Source: Spirochaetia bacterium
GTDB taxonomy: Bacteria; Spirochaetota; Spirochaetia; CAKZLE01
Direction: 5' to 3'
Length of the DNA stretch: 64,000 bases
NCBI GenBank assembly: GCA_963677595.1
Contig: OY782041.1
Span: 3,360,001 to 3,424,000, forward strand
The notes under the pieces were generated by a model. It worked only from the letters and a program-made list of their open reading frames with translations. It made no database searches and had not been told where the DNA came from. The stretch's first letter is position 1, and every line of letters begins with the position of its first letter. A program made the position numbers and the translations under genes. Of the stretch, positions 49,070 to 58,969 are shown in pieces.

Positions 49070-50097
49070 CAGATCTCCTTCTTCCACCAGGGGGTAGGTC
49101 CGTCACTGACCTCCCACTCCTCTATCTTCCACTCATCCTCCCAGCTGACATAGGCCCGGTCTCCATCGAAGCGAACCGGGAGCCAGATGTACCCGGCTTC
49201 CCGGGTCTCCGCTTCCGGCTTCCCGTCGATGAGGGTGGTCTTTGCCATCCACCGGTCTCCTACCGCAATATAGAGCCCGTAGCGGGTTGGGTGGCGGAAG
49301 ACCGAGCAGAACTGGGTATCGAAGCTGGTCTGTTTCACGTCATCATAGCAGAACTCACCCTGAACCTCGTACGGTCCGTGGGTCAGGAGGGCAGAGGCGA
49401 CCTCGGTGGGGTTCGGGTTGTAGCCGGTAGTGCCTGATGAGATGATGTAGTAGCGGGTTCCCCGTTTGAAGAAGCAGGGAGCTTCCCGGGCAAGGGGCGG
49501 CTCATCATGGGGGAAGTGGCTCGAATAGTTCCCCGTCACGTCAAGGTAATCATCCGTAAGGTCGGCGATGACCACCTCGGTGTGGACCCGGTCGGCAATG
49601 AAGTAGCCCTTGCCGTCGCGAGGGTCGACCCAGAGATCGAAGTCCCCCGTCTCCATCCCCAGGGGACGGATCGTCTTCACCATAGTGAAAGGTTGCGTGA
49701 TGTCCTCCGATACGGCGATGCCCATGTACTGTGTCAGCCAGTCCCAGTGATCCTCATCGGTTCCGGCGAACTTGACCCACATGACGAACTGCTTCGTCCG
49801 CTCGTTGTAGATGATATGGGGCCGGTCCATGATCCGGTGCGGGTGCATGGGGTCATGTATATCATCGACGATCGGGAGGATCGTACCCTCGTCCTTCCAG
49901 TTATAGAGATCAGTCGAGGAGTAGAGCCGTACCCCGTCATGCCAGACCTTGCCCTTCGGGACGTAGGTCTCCTTATCCTCACCGTACCAGTAGTAGGTGC
50001 CTTCGTGGTAGAGGATCGAGCCTCCATGTGCCTGGATAAGCTTACCCTCGGTATCGTACCAGGGCTTGCCTGGACGTATGCTGTGCGTTGTGGACAT
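49069..50097 (-). CDS. GH43 glycoside hydrolase (subfamily 24-like, beta-galactosidase/galactanase)
   Basis: IQAHGG, YYWYGE, YSSTDL.NW, REAP, GDRW; no signal peptide. Confidence 0.85.
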   Translation of the reverse strand: MSTTHSIRPGKPWYDTEGKLIQAHGGSILYHEGTYYWYGEDKETYVPKGKVWHDGVRLYSSTDLYNWKDEGTILPIVDDIHDPMHPHRIMDRPHIIYNERTKQFVMWVKFAGTDEDHWDWLTQYMGIAVSEDITQPFTMVKTIRPLGMETGDFDLWVDPRDGKGYFIADRVHTEVVIADLTDDYLDVTGNYSSHFPHDEPPLAREAPCFFKRGTRYYIISSGTTGYNPNPTEVASALLTHGPYEVQGEFCYDDVKQTSFDTQFCSVFRHPTRYGLYIAVGDRWMAKTTLIDGKPEAETREAGYIWLPVRFDGDRAYVSWEDEWKIEEWEVSDGPTPWWKKEI

Positions 50098-50110
50098 ACT
50101 GCCTCCTGTT

Positions 50111-51625
50111 TTACGAATGTTTCTGTATCTTATACTCGCTCGGCGTACAGCCGTTCTGTGTCTTGAATACCCTGGTGAAGTAATATGGATCGTCATAGCC
50201 GGCAGCGGCTGCAACCTCCCGGATCTCGAGGTCCGGGTCCACTTCCAACAGCCACCGTGCATGCTTCATCCTGCATTCGGTGATGTACTCATTGGGTGAA
50301 GACCCTGTGACCTTCTTGAAGAGGATGCTCAGGTACGAAGCGCTGAACCCGAACTGGTCGGAGAGGGACGCGATCCTCAGCGGCTTGCTGAAGTTCCTCT
50401 CTATATAGTCCCGGACTGCCAAGACCTGGGCATCTGAGCCCTGCTCACCATGGGCAGCTGCCTGCTTCGAGAACATCACGACCAGGGAGGCGATCTCCTC
50501 TGATAACTGCTCATGGGTATGGGCGGAACAAAGCACCTGGTCGATGAGGGAACTGTGATCCCCGACAGTATGCCCGGTATCGATGATGGATAGGATCCCC
50601 CGGATAGTGAGCTCGATCTCCCGCTGGGTGGTCTGCTGGTGTCGATACCCTTCGAATAATGGCCTGATGATATCTATGCGTGACTGGCTGCCGGCAGTCC
50701 GGGGGAGGGCGGCGAGTTTGTCCAGAGGGTCATGCCCCTGGGCTGGCCCTGTGCCATCCTGGCCGTCTGTTTCATCGGCACAGATGAGCGACGAGCTGAG
50801 AAAGAGCGTCCTCCTGAAGAGTGCCTGCTCGATCGCCGTAAGTCCCTTCTGGAAGCCCAGTAACCCGGTCGGTACGGCACTGAAGCTGATGGTGCAGCTC
50901 ATACGCTCACCGAGATGGGCATTGATCGAGCGGAATGCCTGTCGATAGAGCCTGGAGATGTCGCCCTGTCCGGCTTCGATGATGAGGAGCAGCTCATTCG
51001 GCAGCGCTTCCCGGACTACCCAGGACTTGATCCCGTCCCGGACCAGGCTCTCGATGACCGTGGAGACTATGCCCAGGTGGTCCTCTGAAGGGACCCTGTC
51101 CGTCACATTCCTTCGCTGCAGTCGATAGGCTCCGAAGCAGAGTTTTGCGAGGAAGAACTTCCTGCCTAGAAGGTCCGTATGCTTCCGGAGTGCTGCAGGA
51201 TCGGTATACATCGCTTCTCGCATGATCCGCTCCAGGGCCTGGTCACGTGATGCGAGGATCCGCTCCTTCATTCGCGCAAGGAAGGAAGGGAACGACCTGG
51301 GGTCTATGGGTTTCACCAGGTATTCCGCTACCCCGAGCCTGATCGCCCGCTGGGCCTTCTCGAACTCGCTGTAGCCGCTCAGGATGACGGTGAGGGTATC
51401 AAGCCCCTCTTCCCTGATCAGCTTGATCATCTCCAGTCCGCTGCACACCGGCATCGAGATATCGGCGAAGAGGAGGTCTGGCCGCTCGTCGGTGACGAGC
51501 TTCCATCCCTGATCCCCGTTCGACGCTGTCCCGACGACCTTGAAGTCAGCATCAGCTGCCTCTATGCTCTTCTTCAACCCGCGAAGGATGACTGGTTCGT
51601 CATCGACGAGCACGACCCTGATCAT
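50111..51625 (-). CDS. YesN-type response regulator
   Basis: LVDDE, ADISMP, AGYDDPYYFTRVFK. Confidence 0.92.
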   Translation of the reverse strand: MIRVVLVDDEPVILRGLKKSIEAADADFKVVGTASNGDQGWKLVTDERPDLLFADISMPVCSGLEMIKLIREEGLDTLTVILSGYSEFEKAQRAIRLGVAEYLVKPIDPRSFPSFLARMKERILASRDQALERIMREAMYTDPAALRKHTDLLGRKFFLAKLCFGAYRLQRRNVTDRVPSEDHLGIVSTVIESLVRDGIKSWVVREALPNELLLIIEAGQGDISRLYRQAFRSINAHLGERMSCTISFSAVPTGLLGFQKGLTAIEQALFRRTLFLSSSLICADETDGQDGTGPAQGHDPLDKLAALPRTAGSQSRIDIIRPLFEGYRHQQTTQREIELTIRGILSIIDTGHTVGDHSSLIDQVLCSAHTHEQLSEEIASLVVMFSKQAAAHGEQGSDAQVLAVRDYIERNFSKPLRIASLSDQFGFSASYLSILFKKVTGSSPNEYITECRMKHARWLLEVDPDLEIREVAAAAGYDDPYYFTRVFKTQNGCTPSEYKIQKHS

Positions 51626-53412
51626 AGTTCACCTCCGCCGATTGAGGAGTCGATCCTGATGAGGGCTCCGCCTTCGGACCCATTCCCGAGCGTCATCGAC
51701 AGGCTGCCGCGGTACTGCAGCTTGAGCCTGATGTAGATGTTGAGGATAGCCTGGTCGTTGGTCTTGAGCTCCTGGTAGTCTTTGCCTCGGCTGAAGATCT
51801 CATCGACGGTACGCAGCCCTTCCTGGAGACCTGAGAGCTTCTCCTCGGTGAAGCCTCCCCCGTTGTCCCGCAGGGTAAGGTCCCAGGCAGGGGCAGCTGC
51901 AGATACGGTGACATCGATCCGGTAGGGAGGCAGGGTCTGCCTGAACCCGTGGTTGAAGGAGTTCTCGATCAGGGGCTGCAGGATCAGTTTTGGTACCGGG
52001 ACCTGTGCGAGGTCTCCTTCACTGGTAATGGTAAATTCGAAGTCCTGTTCGAACCGCCACTTCATGAAGTCCATGTAGAGCTCAATATTGTCAACCTCAT
52101 CCTGGAGCGTGGTCGCGCCCTTCTCAGTGGTACTGCTGGTATAGCGGAAGAGGTTGCTCAGCTGTGCGCACATGACCGGGACGGTAGCACTCCCTTCTTC
52201 CATCCCGATCGAGCTGATCGCCGTGAGGGAATTGAAGAGGAAATGGGGGTTGATCTTGGCCTGCAGGTTCATGATTCGCAGGTTGAGCTCGGTCTCATGG
52301 GCGAGCATGAGCTCATCAACAGACTCCCTGAGCCTGCCGATCAGACGTATGAACGCCGATTGGATGACTGAGACCTCCTTGACGGGGTACTCGTGGAAAC
52401 GGGGTTCCCCCTGGTCCAGGGAGTAGCCGTCGATCTCATCCACCAGTTTCGAGATCGGCCGGGTGACGGCGTTCACGATGAGGATGATCACGAAGAAGAC
52501 GAGGAGCGTCAGGGCACTGATCACGAGGATGAGGTTCCGAATGAACTGCCTGAGTGGGTCTGAGAAGTACTTCTCCTCCTGGAGGAGCACGACCTCCCAA
52601 GGTGCCCAGCCCAGGGAAGCCTTGGCCATCCGGTAGCGCTCCCCGTCGATCTCGATCGATTCATCGGGGGATGAGAGAACATCCTGGAGGTTCTCCCCGA
52701 TGAGCGTTTCCTCCGCTGCGGGGTAGACCAGGGACCCAGCATGGTCGAGGATGATGATGCGGCCCACGGTTTCAGGGACACCGTTCTCACAGATCTTCAC
52801 GATCTTCGCATAGTCCTCCTCGATCTCGATGGTGCCGAGTTGGGAGAATCCGTAATCACTGGCGACGTAGGGCCGGTAGAGGGAGACGACCTGCTTCCTG
52901 TTGATCGTATCCCAGTAGCTCGTATGGGGAGGGAGGACACGGTAGAACTCGTCTGCGGAGATCTCATCCCAGGCAGGGAGGGAAGAGACCTGCCTCACCC
53001 GGCTTACGCTGGGGTTGAACCGGAGCCCGAGATAGTCGGAGTCATTGAAGATACTGATGTTGTAGATTCGCGATTTCGGGGAGTTGAAGGCCCACAGGAT
53101 ATCCTGGGCGGTCCTCATCTCCGTGATGTGGCGGTCGAAGTAGTTTAGCTCATCATCGGACTCTGAAGCCTCGAGGAAGATCCCCTGCAGGGTCTCACTG
53201 GAGAGGAGCTGGGTGGAGAGGGTATCCATCTCCTCGAAGATCCCGTCTATCTGCTGTGCGACATCCTCGGTCGCCTGCCGGAACAGCAGTTCCGAGCGCT
53301 CCCGGATCTCCCCGGCATAGAACCGGTAGATCATGAAGGTGACAACGATGATCACCAGGAGCAGGTAGGCGAAGATCATCAGGATCAGTCTTGAACGTAT
53401 TCGTGTCAGCAT
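51622..53412 (-). CDS. YesM-type sensor histidine kinase
   Basis: Two TM with Cache-like loop, HAMP, INPHFLFNSL, LQPLIENSFNHG. Confidence 0.92.
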   Translation of the reverse strand: MLTRIRSRLILMIFAYLLLVIIVVTFMIYRFYAGEIRERSELLFRQATEDVAQQIDGIFEEMDTLSTQLLSSETLQGIFLEASESDDELNYFDRHITEMRTAQDILWAFNSPKSRIYNISIFNDSDYLGLRFNPSVSRVRQVSSLPAWDEISADEFYRVLPPHTSYWDTINRKQVVSLYRPYVASDYGFSQLGTIEIEEDYAKIVKICENGVPETVGRIIILDHAGSLVYPAAEETLIGENLQDVLSSPDESIEIDGERYRMAKASLGWAPWEVVLLQEEKYFSDPLRQFIRNLILVISALTLLVFFVIILIVNAVTRPISKLVDEIDGYSLDQGEPRFHEYPVKEVSVIQSAFIRLIGRLRESVDELMLAHETELNLRIMNLQAKINPHFLFNSLTAISSIGMEEGSATVPVMCAQLSNLFRYTSSTTEKGATTLQDEVDNIELYMDFMKWRFEQDFEFTITSEGDLAQVPVPKLILQPLIENSFNHGFRQTLPPYRIDVTVSAAAPAWDLTLRDNGGGFTEEKLSGLQEGLRTVDEIFSRGKDYQELKTNDQAILNIYIRLKLQYRGSLSMTLGNGSEGGALIRIDSSIGGGEL

Positions 53413-53448
53413 GGCTATGATTCTATCAGCTCTTCACTGCCCCGGCAA
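53413..53448 (-). promoter_or_regulatory. Internal, probably leaderless promoter for the TCS
   Basis: TTGCCG-N17-TAGAAT, then ATG 7 nt downstream, no SD; -35 lies in the last permease codons. Confidence 0.45.
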
Positions 53449-54241
53449 TCATTCCCGAGACGATGTACTTCTGGCCGAGCACGTAGATGACGAGCAGGGG
53501 TAGTACGGTGATCACGACATCGGCGAAGATCAGGTTCCAGGAGGAGGAGTGTGCCCCGTAGAAGTTGTAGACGGTGAGGGGAAGACCCCACTTGTCGCTG
53601 TTGGCGAAGTAGAGGGGGATCTGGATCTCGTTCCAGCTCCCGACGAAGTTGAAGAGCGCGAGGGTGATCGTGACGGGCTTCATGAGGGGGAAGACGATGA
53701 GGTAGAACATCCTCAGCAGGGAGCAGCCGTCGATGATCGCTGCCTCGTCAAGGGCCCTCGGCACGGTCTTTATGAACCCGGTGAAGAGGAAGATCGACAT
53801 CGGCAGCCCGAAGGTCGCGTTGATGAGGATCAGCCCCGCATAGGTGTTTAACAGGTCCATGCTGTTGAGTACGAGGTAGGTCGGGATGAAGGCTATGGGG
53901 ATGACCAGGCCGCTGAGGAAGATGTAGTAGAGGACACTTGTCGACTTCCTGCTCGAACGGGCGATGATGAAGGCTGCCAAAGAAGCTGCGGCGAGGATGA
54001 TGATGCCCGACCCGATGGAGACGATCATACCGTTGAAGAACCCGCGGAAGACCTTCGCCGTCTTGAGCACCTCGAGGTAGTTGGAGAACATCCACTCCTC
54101 CGGCAGGGAGATGCTGAAGAAGCCCGCGGCCTTCCTGCTCTTCAGGGAGTTGACGAGTACCATGTACATCGGGACGAGGAAGACCAGCCCTGCCAGTACG
54201 GCAGCCAGGCGTTCCGTAAGTCTCTCTAAGGTTCTTCTCAC
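53426..54241 (-). CDS. Carbohydrate ABC permease (MalG-like)
   Basis: LDEAAIIDG EAA loop; QKYIVSGMIAGAVK. Confidence 0.93.
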   Translation of the reverse strand: MRRTLERLTERLAAVLAGLVFLVPMYMVLVNSLKSRKAAGFFSISLPEEWMFSNYLEVLKTAKVFRGFFNGMIVSIGSGIIILAAASLAAFIIARSSRKSTSVLYYIFLSGLVIPIAFIPTYLVLNSMDLLNTYAGLILINATFGLPMSIFLFTGFIKTVPRALDEAAIIDGCSLLRMFYLIVFPLMKPVTITLALFNFVGSWNEIQIPLYFANSDKWGLPLTVYNFYGAHSSSWNLIFADVVITVLPLLVIYVLGQKYIVSGMIAGAVKS

Positions 54242-55119
54242 AGCTGGATCTCCTTCTTCCTCAGGTACCCGACGATGCCGAAGGTCATGATGACGATGAG
54301 CAGGGTCATGAAGAGCCCTACCGCGGCGGAATACCCGAGGTAGCCGTTGCCGTAGCTCTTGTAGAGATAGGTCCCGAGGACCTGTGTCTTGTCTGCAGGT
54401 CCCCCGTTGGTGGTCCCGTAGACCTGGGCGAAGACCCGGATCCCGCTGATGATCGAGAGCATAAGGGTCACGTTGATCGACTGGATGATCAGCGGCAGGG
54501 TGATGTGCCGCAGCTGCTGCAGGCGGGAAGCCCCGTCGATTCTGGCCGCCTCGTAGAACTCAGCCGGTATGGACTGGAGGCCTGCAAGGAAAATCGCCAT
54601 GGAGAAACCGGTCTGCTGCCAGATCTCCATGAAGCTGATCGAGTTGAGCGAGAACCGGGTGTTGAAGAGCCAGTCCTGCTTTAGCCCCCCGAGATGCAGG
54701 AACTCGAGGAAGCTGTTGAGCAGCCCGTGGGTCGGGTTGTAGATAGACACGAAGATGATCGCCAGCACCAGGGTGCTGATGGTGATCGGCATGAAGATGA
54801 TCGCCCTGACCAGGGTATTGAACCGGGAGGGCTTGAGTACCAGCAGGGCCAGGAGAAAGCCGATGACATTCTTGCCGATGACCGTCAGGAAGGCGAAATG
54901 GAAGGTGTTCCTGACCGACAGCCAGAAGTTCTTCTCACTAAAGAGCGTCCTGAAGTTCTCCAGGCCGTTGAACCTTATGTCATCGAAGTAGAATATGGTC
55001 CAGTCGGTGAAGCCGAGGCCGAGCCCGGCAACGTTCGGCAGGATGAAGAACAGGGCAAAGAGCCCCACGGCCGGCAGGGTATACCACAGGCTGTAATAGG
55101 TATGATGTGGAATCTTCAT
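54238..55119 (-). CDS. Carbohydrate ABC permease (MalF-like)
   Basis: LAGLQSIP.EFYEAARIDGA; TNGGP. Confidence 0.93.
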   Translation of the reverse strand: MKIPHHTYYSLWYTLPAVGLFALFFILPNVAGLGLGFTDWTIFYFDDIRFNGLENFRTLFSEKNFWLSVRNTFHFAFLTVIGKNVIGFLLALLVLKPSRFNTLVRAIIFMPITISTLVLAIIFVSIYNPTHGLLNSFLEFLHLGGLKQDWLFNTRFSLNSISFMEIWQQTGFSMAIFLAGLQSIPAEFYEAARIDGASRLQQLRHITLPLIIQSINVTLMLSIISGIRVFAQVYGTTNGGPADKTQVLGTYLYKSYGNGYLGYSAAVGLFMTLLIVIMTFGIVGYLRKKEIQL

Positions 55120-55154
55120 AGGGTTTGCGTACCTTCAGGGGCTGTCATGGGCGG

Positions 55155-55191
55155 CTGTCTTGCCGGCTGCTGTTTGCAGCTGACAAGACAG
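55155..55191 (-). terminator. Stem-loop after binding-protein gene
   Basis: CTGTCTTGCCGGCTGC / GCAGCTGACAAGACAG arms. Confidence 0.6.
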
Positions 55192-55208
55192 ATCTTACTG
55201 TGAGTGTA

Positions 55209-56513
55209 CTAGAATCCCTGAACCCGTCGGGCCTTCGCATCCGATGCATAGGCTCCGTACCAGCTCTCCAGGGTCTCCTCGACGCTCAGGCCGGCATAGA
55301 GTGCCTGGATCTGCTCGTTGAACTTGCCGTAGAACGCTTCGAGCGGGGTCGCACCGTCATAGCTGTTGTTGTTGAAGGTGCTGTAGGAGGCGAGGTCAAG
55401 AGAGTACCCCTTCATCTCGGCATTGAGCGGGCTCATCGTAAGGTCGAACCCGAGATCGGTGTAGGGGACCGCACCCGGTACCAGTTCGTAGTAGGTGGTG
55501 AGCGGTTCCTTGGTCAGCATGGTGTCGATGAACTCCCGAGCGAGGTCTACGTTGTCGCTGTTCTTGACAGCCGAGAGGTAGTTCGTTGCCGTGCCAAAGA
55601 GGACCATGCCGTTAGCCGCGTCATCCCAGAGCGGGGTGTAGGTCATGCCGATCTTGTCGATGCTCTCCGGGTAGAACTCAGCGATGGTGCCGTAGGCGCT
55701 GTCAAGCATGGCATAGAATGCGCATTCGCCATTCGCCAGGGCTTCGAGGGCCATGTCGTTGGTCGCTGACATATAGTCGGGGTTGACCAGCCCGAGGTCG
55801 AGCAGGGACTTGGCATTCGCGAAGAGGTCCACGAGTTCCGGGATGTCGGTCGGGTCGAGGGTGTTGGTGATGATGCCGTCGATATAGGAGGGGTTATCCG
55901 CAAAGATCGGGGTCATGGAGGTCAGCAGCAGGATCTGTGCTGTCCAGACTTCCTTGTTGGAGAGGTAGACCGGAGTGTAGCCTGCAGCCTTGATCTTCTT
56001 CAGGGCTGCGATGAACTCGCTGTAATTGGAGAGCGGGAGGCTCACGCCTGAGGCAGCGAGCACGTCCTTGTTGTAGAGGAGTCCCATGTTGGACTCACCG
56101 CCGAGCGGGGCCTTCAGGACGTTCCCGTTCTCATCAATGGTGAGGGGACGTGTCGTATTGGTGATCTTGTCGACCCATGGACCGGTCAGCGGGGCGAGGT
56201 GCCCTGCGGAGATGTCAGTGAGACCGAAGTTATGGACGATGAGGTCGGCGGCATTGTCGGTGATCAGCCTGGTATTGGCTACATTGAGCATCTGGTCATC
56301 GGGGATGACGTCATATTCGAGGTCGACTCCCATCACGGAAGCGGCCTTGTCGAGCGCCTTCTTGATATTTCCCGGGCCTGCATCACCTGAACTCATCAGG
56401 ACCCTGAGGATCTGCGGCTCAGCGGCTTTCGTGCTCTCCTCCGAGGCCCCGGCCGCACTCAGTCCCGTGATCAGGACAGCGATGAATACCAGCATACAAA
56501 CAGTCTTCTTCAT
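55209..56513 (-). CDS. Oligosaccharide ABC substrate-binding protein
   Basis: Signal LSAAGASEE; GLLYNKD, G.CAF; first gene of permease operon. Confidence 0.88.
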   Translation of the reverse strand: MKKTVCMLVFIAVLITGLSAAGASEESTKAAEPQILRVLMSSGDAGPGNIKKALDKAASVMGVDLEYDVIPDDQMLNVANTRLITDNAADLIVHNFGLTDISAGHLAPLTGPWVDKITNTTRPLTIDENGNVLKAPLGGESNMGLLYNKDVLAASGVSLPLSNYSEFIAALKKIKAAGYTPVYLSNKEVWTAQILLLTSMTPIFADNPSYIDGIITNTLDPTDIPELVDLFANAKSLLDLGLVNPDYMSATNDMALEALANGECAFYAMLDSAYGTIAEFYPESIDKIGMTYTPLWDDAANGMVLFGTATNYLSAVKNSDNVDLAREFIDTMLTKEPLTTYYELVPGAVPYTDLGFDLTMSPLNAEMKGYSLDLASYSTFNNNSYDGATPLEAFYGKFNEQIQALYAGLSVEETLESWYGAYASDAKARRVQGF

Positions 56514-56598
56514 GTTTCACTCCTTTAGCCGGTGCAGGGACTCCCCCCTCTCCGGTCTTATGATACTGTATTATCAGGGGAGTTTCATGAGGCGTGAA

Positions 56599-56637
56599 TG
56601 GATTATTCTTTGAAGATCACTGGATTATTCTTTCAAG
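56599..56637 (-). promoter_or_regulatory. 17-bp direct repeat, likely binding site of the YesN regulator
   Basis: TGGATTATTCTTTGAAG (56599) and TGGATTATTCTTTCAAG (56621), 22-bp period. Confidence 0.7.
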
Positions 56638-56646
56638 GAGTCGTCC

Positions 56647-58125
56647 CTACAGTACCTGGTGGTCTTCCTCCACGGGGCCGTCCAGGGCCTCGAGCGTGAT
56701 ATCGACGATGTTGATCGAGGCGCTTTCCACGTAGAATCCCAGCAGGTCCTGCATGTAGTAGCTGGTCTCCACATACCGCAGGACGACCTTACCGTTGACC
56801 GACAGTTCGACATAGCCGCCGAAGGCGATGACCTCCACGGTGCTGAACTTGCCTGAACAGGCTTCGAACTTGTTATCCTGGATGGTGCGGTAGCGGTATG
56901 AGTTCTCGATGCCGCCCTGTTCGTTGAAGCCCCAGATGCGGCCCTGGGCGAACCCGTGGATCATGTCGAGGCTGATGTAGTGTGCATTGGCCTCCCCGTC
57001 AGATCGGAAGACCACCCCCATCTTCCCCAGGCCGGCCATCCCCATGGTGAAGCGCAGCCGGAAGTCAGTCACCCTGCTGCCGAGGAGGAAGATCTCGTAG
57101 CCGCTGTCCGAGGAGAAGGTCATGCCCCTGTCATGGAATTCCACGGAAGCCGTGGGGTTGTCCAGGAGCTGGCTTACCTCACGCAGGGGGGCAGGAGCGA
57201 GGGTCTCCTGGACTTTGTCATCGAACTTGCGGTAGGAGGTGAGGTAGAGCTCTCCCTCCTCGTCCGTGCACAGCTCGGTAGGCGGGGGGAGGATGGTGGA
57301 CCGGCGGCTCTCATCGCGGTCAGTGAAGAAGTTCCAGGCAAGCAGGCTCCCGTCATCCTCCCTGGTCACTCGCAGTGCATAATTGCCCTTTGGCATGAGG
57401 ACGTTGGAGGCATAGGATTCATAGGGACCGTTGAGGACATCGGACTGCCAGTAGTGGATCTTGATATCCTCCTTGATGTTGCCGAAGAGGTAGTACCGGC
57501 CATTGATCCTATGCAGGCCCGGTACCTCGATATCATCATACATCCTCGGGTAGAAGAGGGGAGCCTCCCAGGAAAGATGCCCTTCTTCCCGCTCCCTGGC
57601 GATACCGACACAACCCCTGCGGGCAACAGGTCCGGATGGCACCCGTGCATCCACGAGCAGGAACTGCTCGTCCCCTTCCTTGAAGAAGAAGGGGTCCCGG
57701 CAGCTCACCCAGTGACGGCCCTCCTCGACGGTTGACTCATAGTATGGACCCGAAATCGAGAGGGGACAGCATGCCCCGGACTCCTTCTCCCAGCTGTAGA
57801 GGTCCTGCGAGCGTGCCATCCCGAGACGCTGGACCCTGCCTCCCTCCTTACGGGAGAGCCCGGTGTAGAACATCCTGAACCAGCCTTCCCGGTAGGGATC
57901 CCGGCTGACATGCATCGTCCAGACCATGTCGTCATCCCATGCCCCCGGTTCTCCGATGAAGAGGGCGTTCTTCACCCGTCTCCAGAGGAACCCGTCCCTG
58001 CTCACCGCATGGGCGATGTAGTCGTGGTTGGGAAGCACGAGATGAAAGAGATGGTAATACCCATCATGCCTGAATACGTCGATGTCGCCGAGTTCTGATA
58101 CTTCGAATCCCTTTCCTGAATACAT
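56647..58125 (-). CDS. GH32-like beta-propeller glycoside hydrolase (beta-fructosidase-like)
   Basis: LGD..V...YHLF, HAVSRD, WTM, CRDPF, IEVP; C-terminal beta-sandwich. Confidence 0.8.
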   Translation of the reverse strand: MYSGKGFEVSELGDIDVFRHDGYYHLFHLVLPNHDYIAHAVSRDGFLWRRVKNALFIGEPGAWDDDMVWTMHVSRDPYREGWFRMFYTGLSRKEGGRVQRLGMARSQDLYSWEKESGACCPLSISGPYYESTVEEGRHWVSCRDPFFFKEGDEQFLLVDARVPSGPVARRGCVGIAREREEGHLSWEAPLFYPRMYDDIEVPGLHRINGRYYLFGNIKEDIKIHYWQSDVLNGPYESYASNVLMPKGNYALRVTREDDGSLLAWNFFTDRDESRRSTILPPPTELCTDEEGELYLTSYRKFDDKVQETLAPAPLREVSQLLDNPTASVEFHDRGMTFSSDSGYEIFLLGSRVTDFRLRFTMGMAGLGKMGVVFRSDGEANAHYISLDMIHGFAQGRIWGFNEQGGIENSYRYRTIQDNKFEACSGKFSTVEVIAFGGYVELSVNGKVVLRYVETSYYMQDLLGFYVESASINIVDITLEALDGPVEEDHQVL

Positions 58126-58232
58126 TCGCTCTCCTCATGTCCTATCAGTTGTAGAAATATCTCTTTATACAACCTTACCACAGCGAGAGGGGGTCTGTAA
58201 AATGGATTACCACCCTGGTCAGCTTTCGGCTG

Positions 58233-58949
58233 TTAGCCGAAGAAGCGCACCCAGAGGTGGGAGAAGGGCATGATGAGCACCAGCGACGGCAGCATGGCCA
58301 CCACGGGGAAGGGCTTGATCCCGCTGATCTTGAAGCCTGTCGCCAGGAGGATCATCCCCCCTGCCGCTGAGAAGTCTGCCAGTATGATATCGTCGGTGAT
58401 CGGGATGAGCAGGGTGGCGGCAAAGAAGAGGGCTGACTGGATGATCAACTGCGGGAGGGCTGCCGTCACGGTGATGATGCCGATCCCGGCGGCGAAGATG
58501 ATCGCCGTGAAGAAGTCGAGGATTGACTTGATCAGGAGCAGGGAGAAATCCCCGCTGATCCCCTCCTCGAGGGCTCCGAAGATGCCGAGGGTGGAGACGC
58601 TGAAGAGGACTGCGACCGCGATGAACTTCTCGAGGTGCTCCTCCTGGGAGTGTTCGTGTGTTGAGTGGGAAGCGATCTTCCCGGTGAGCTGCTGCAGCTT
58701 TCCTGAGATGGAGAGGACCCCCTCCTCAAGGTGGAGCAGCTCCCCGATGATTGTCCCGAAGATGACAGCGATGACCACGGGCGGAAGATTCTGGACCTTC
58801 ATGACCATGGTGATGCCGATAGACAGGGCGATGATGCCGAAGACCATCGGGAGCCGCCTCTTCATCGTCTCCGGGATATGCCTGGCAAGTAGTACCCCGA
58901 ATAAGCTCCCTGATACGATGCCTGCGGTATTGAGTAATGGACCGACCAT
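58233..58949 (-). CDS. yqgA: DUF554 membrane protein (YqgA/YdfK)
   Basis: GPLLN, GTIIGE, GIFGALEEG.SGD...L.KSILDFFTA, DFSAAGG. Confidence 0.88.
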   Translation of the reverse strand: MVGPLLNTAGIVSGSLFGVLLARHIPETMKRRLPMVFGIIALSIGITMVMKVQNLPPVVIAVIFGTIIGELLHLEEGVLSISGKLQQLTGKIASHSTHEHSQEEHLEKFIAVAVLFSVSTLGIFGALEEGISGDFSLLLIKSILDFFTAIIFAAGIGIITVTAALPQLIIQSALFFAATLLIPITDDIILADFSAAGGMILLATGFKISGIKPFPVVAMLPSLVLIMPFSHLWVRFFG

Positions 58950-58969
58950 GTTGTTCTGTTAGCTCCTGC

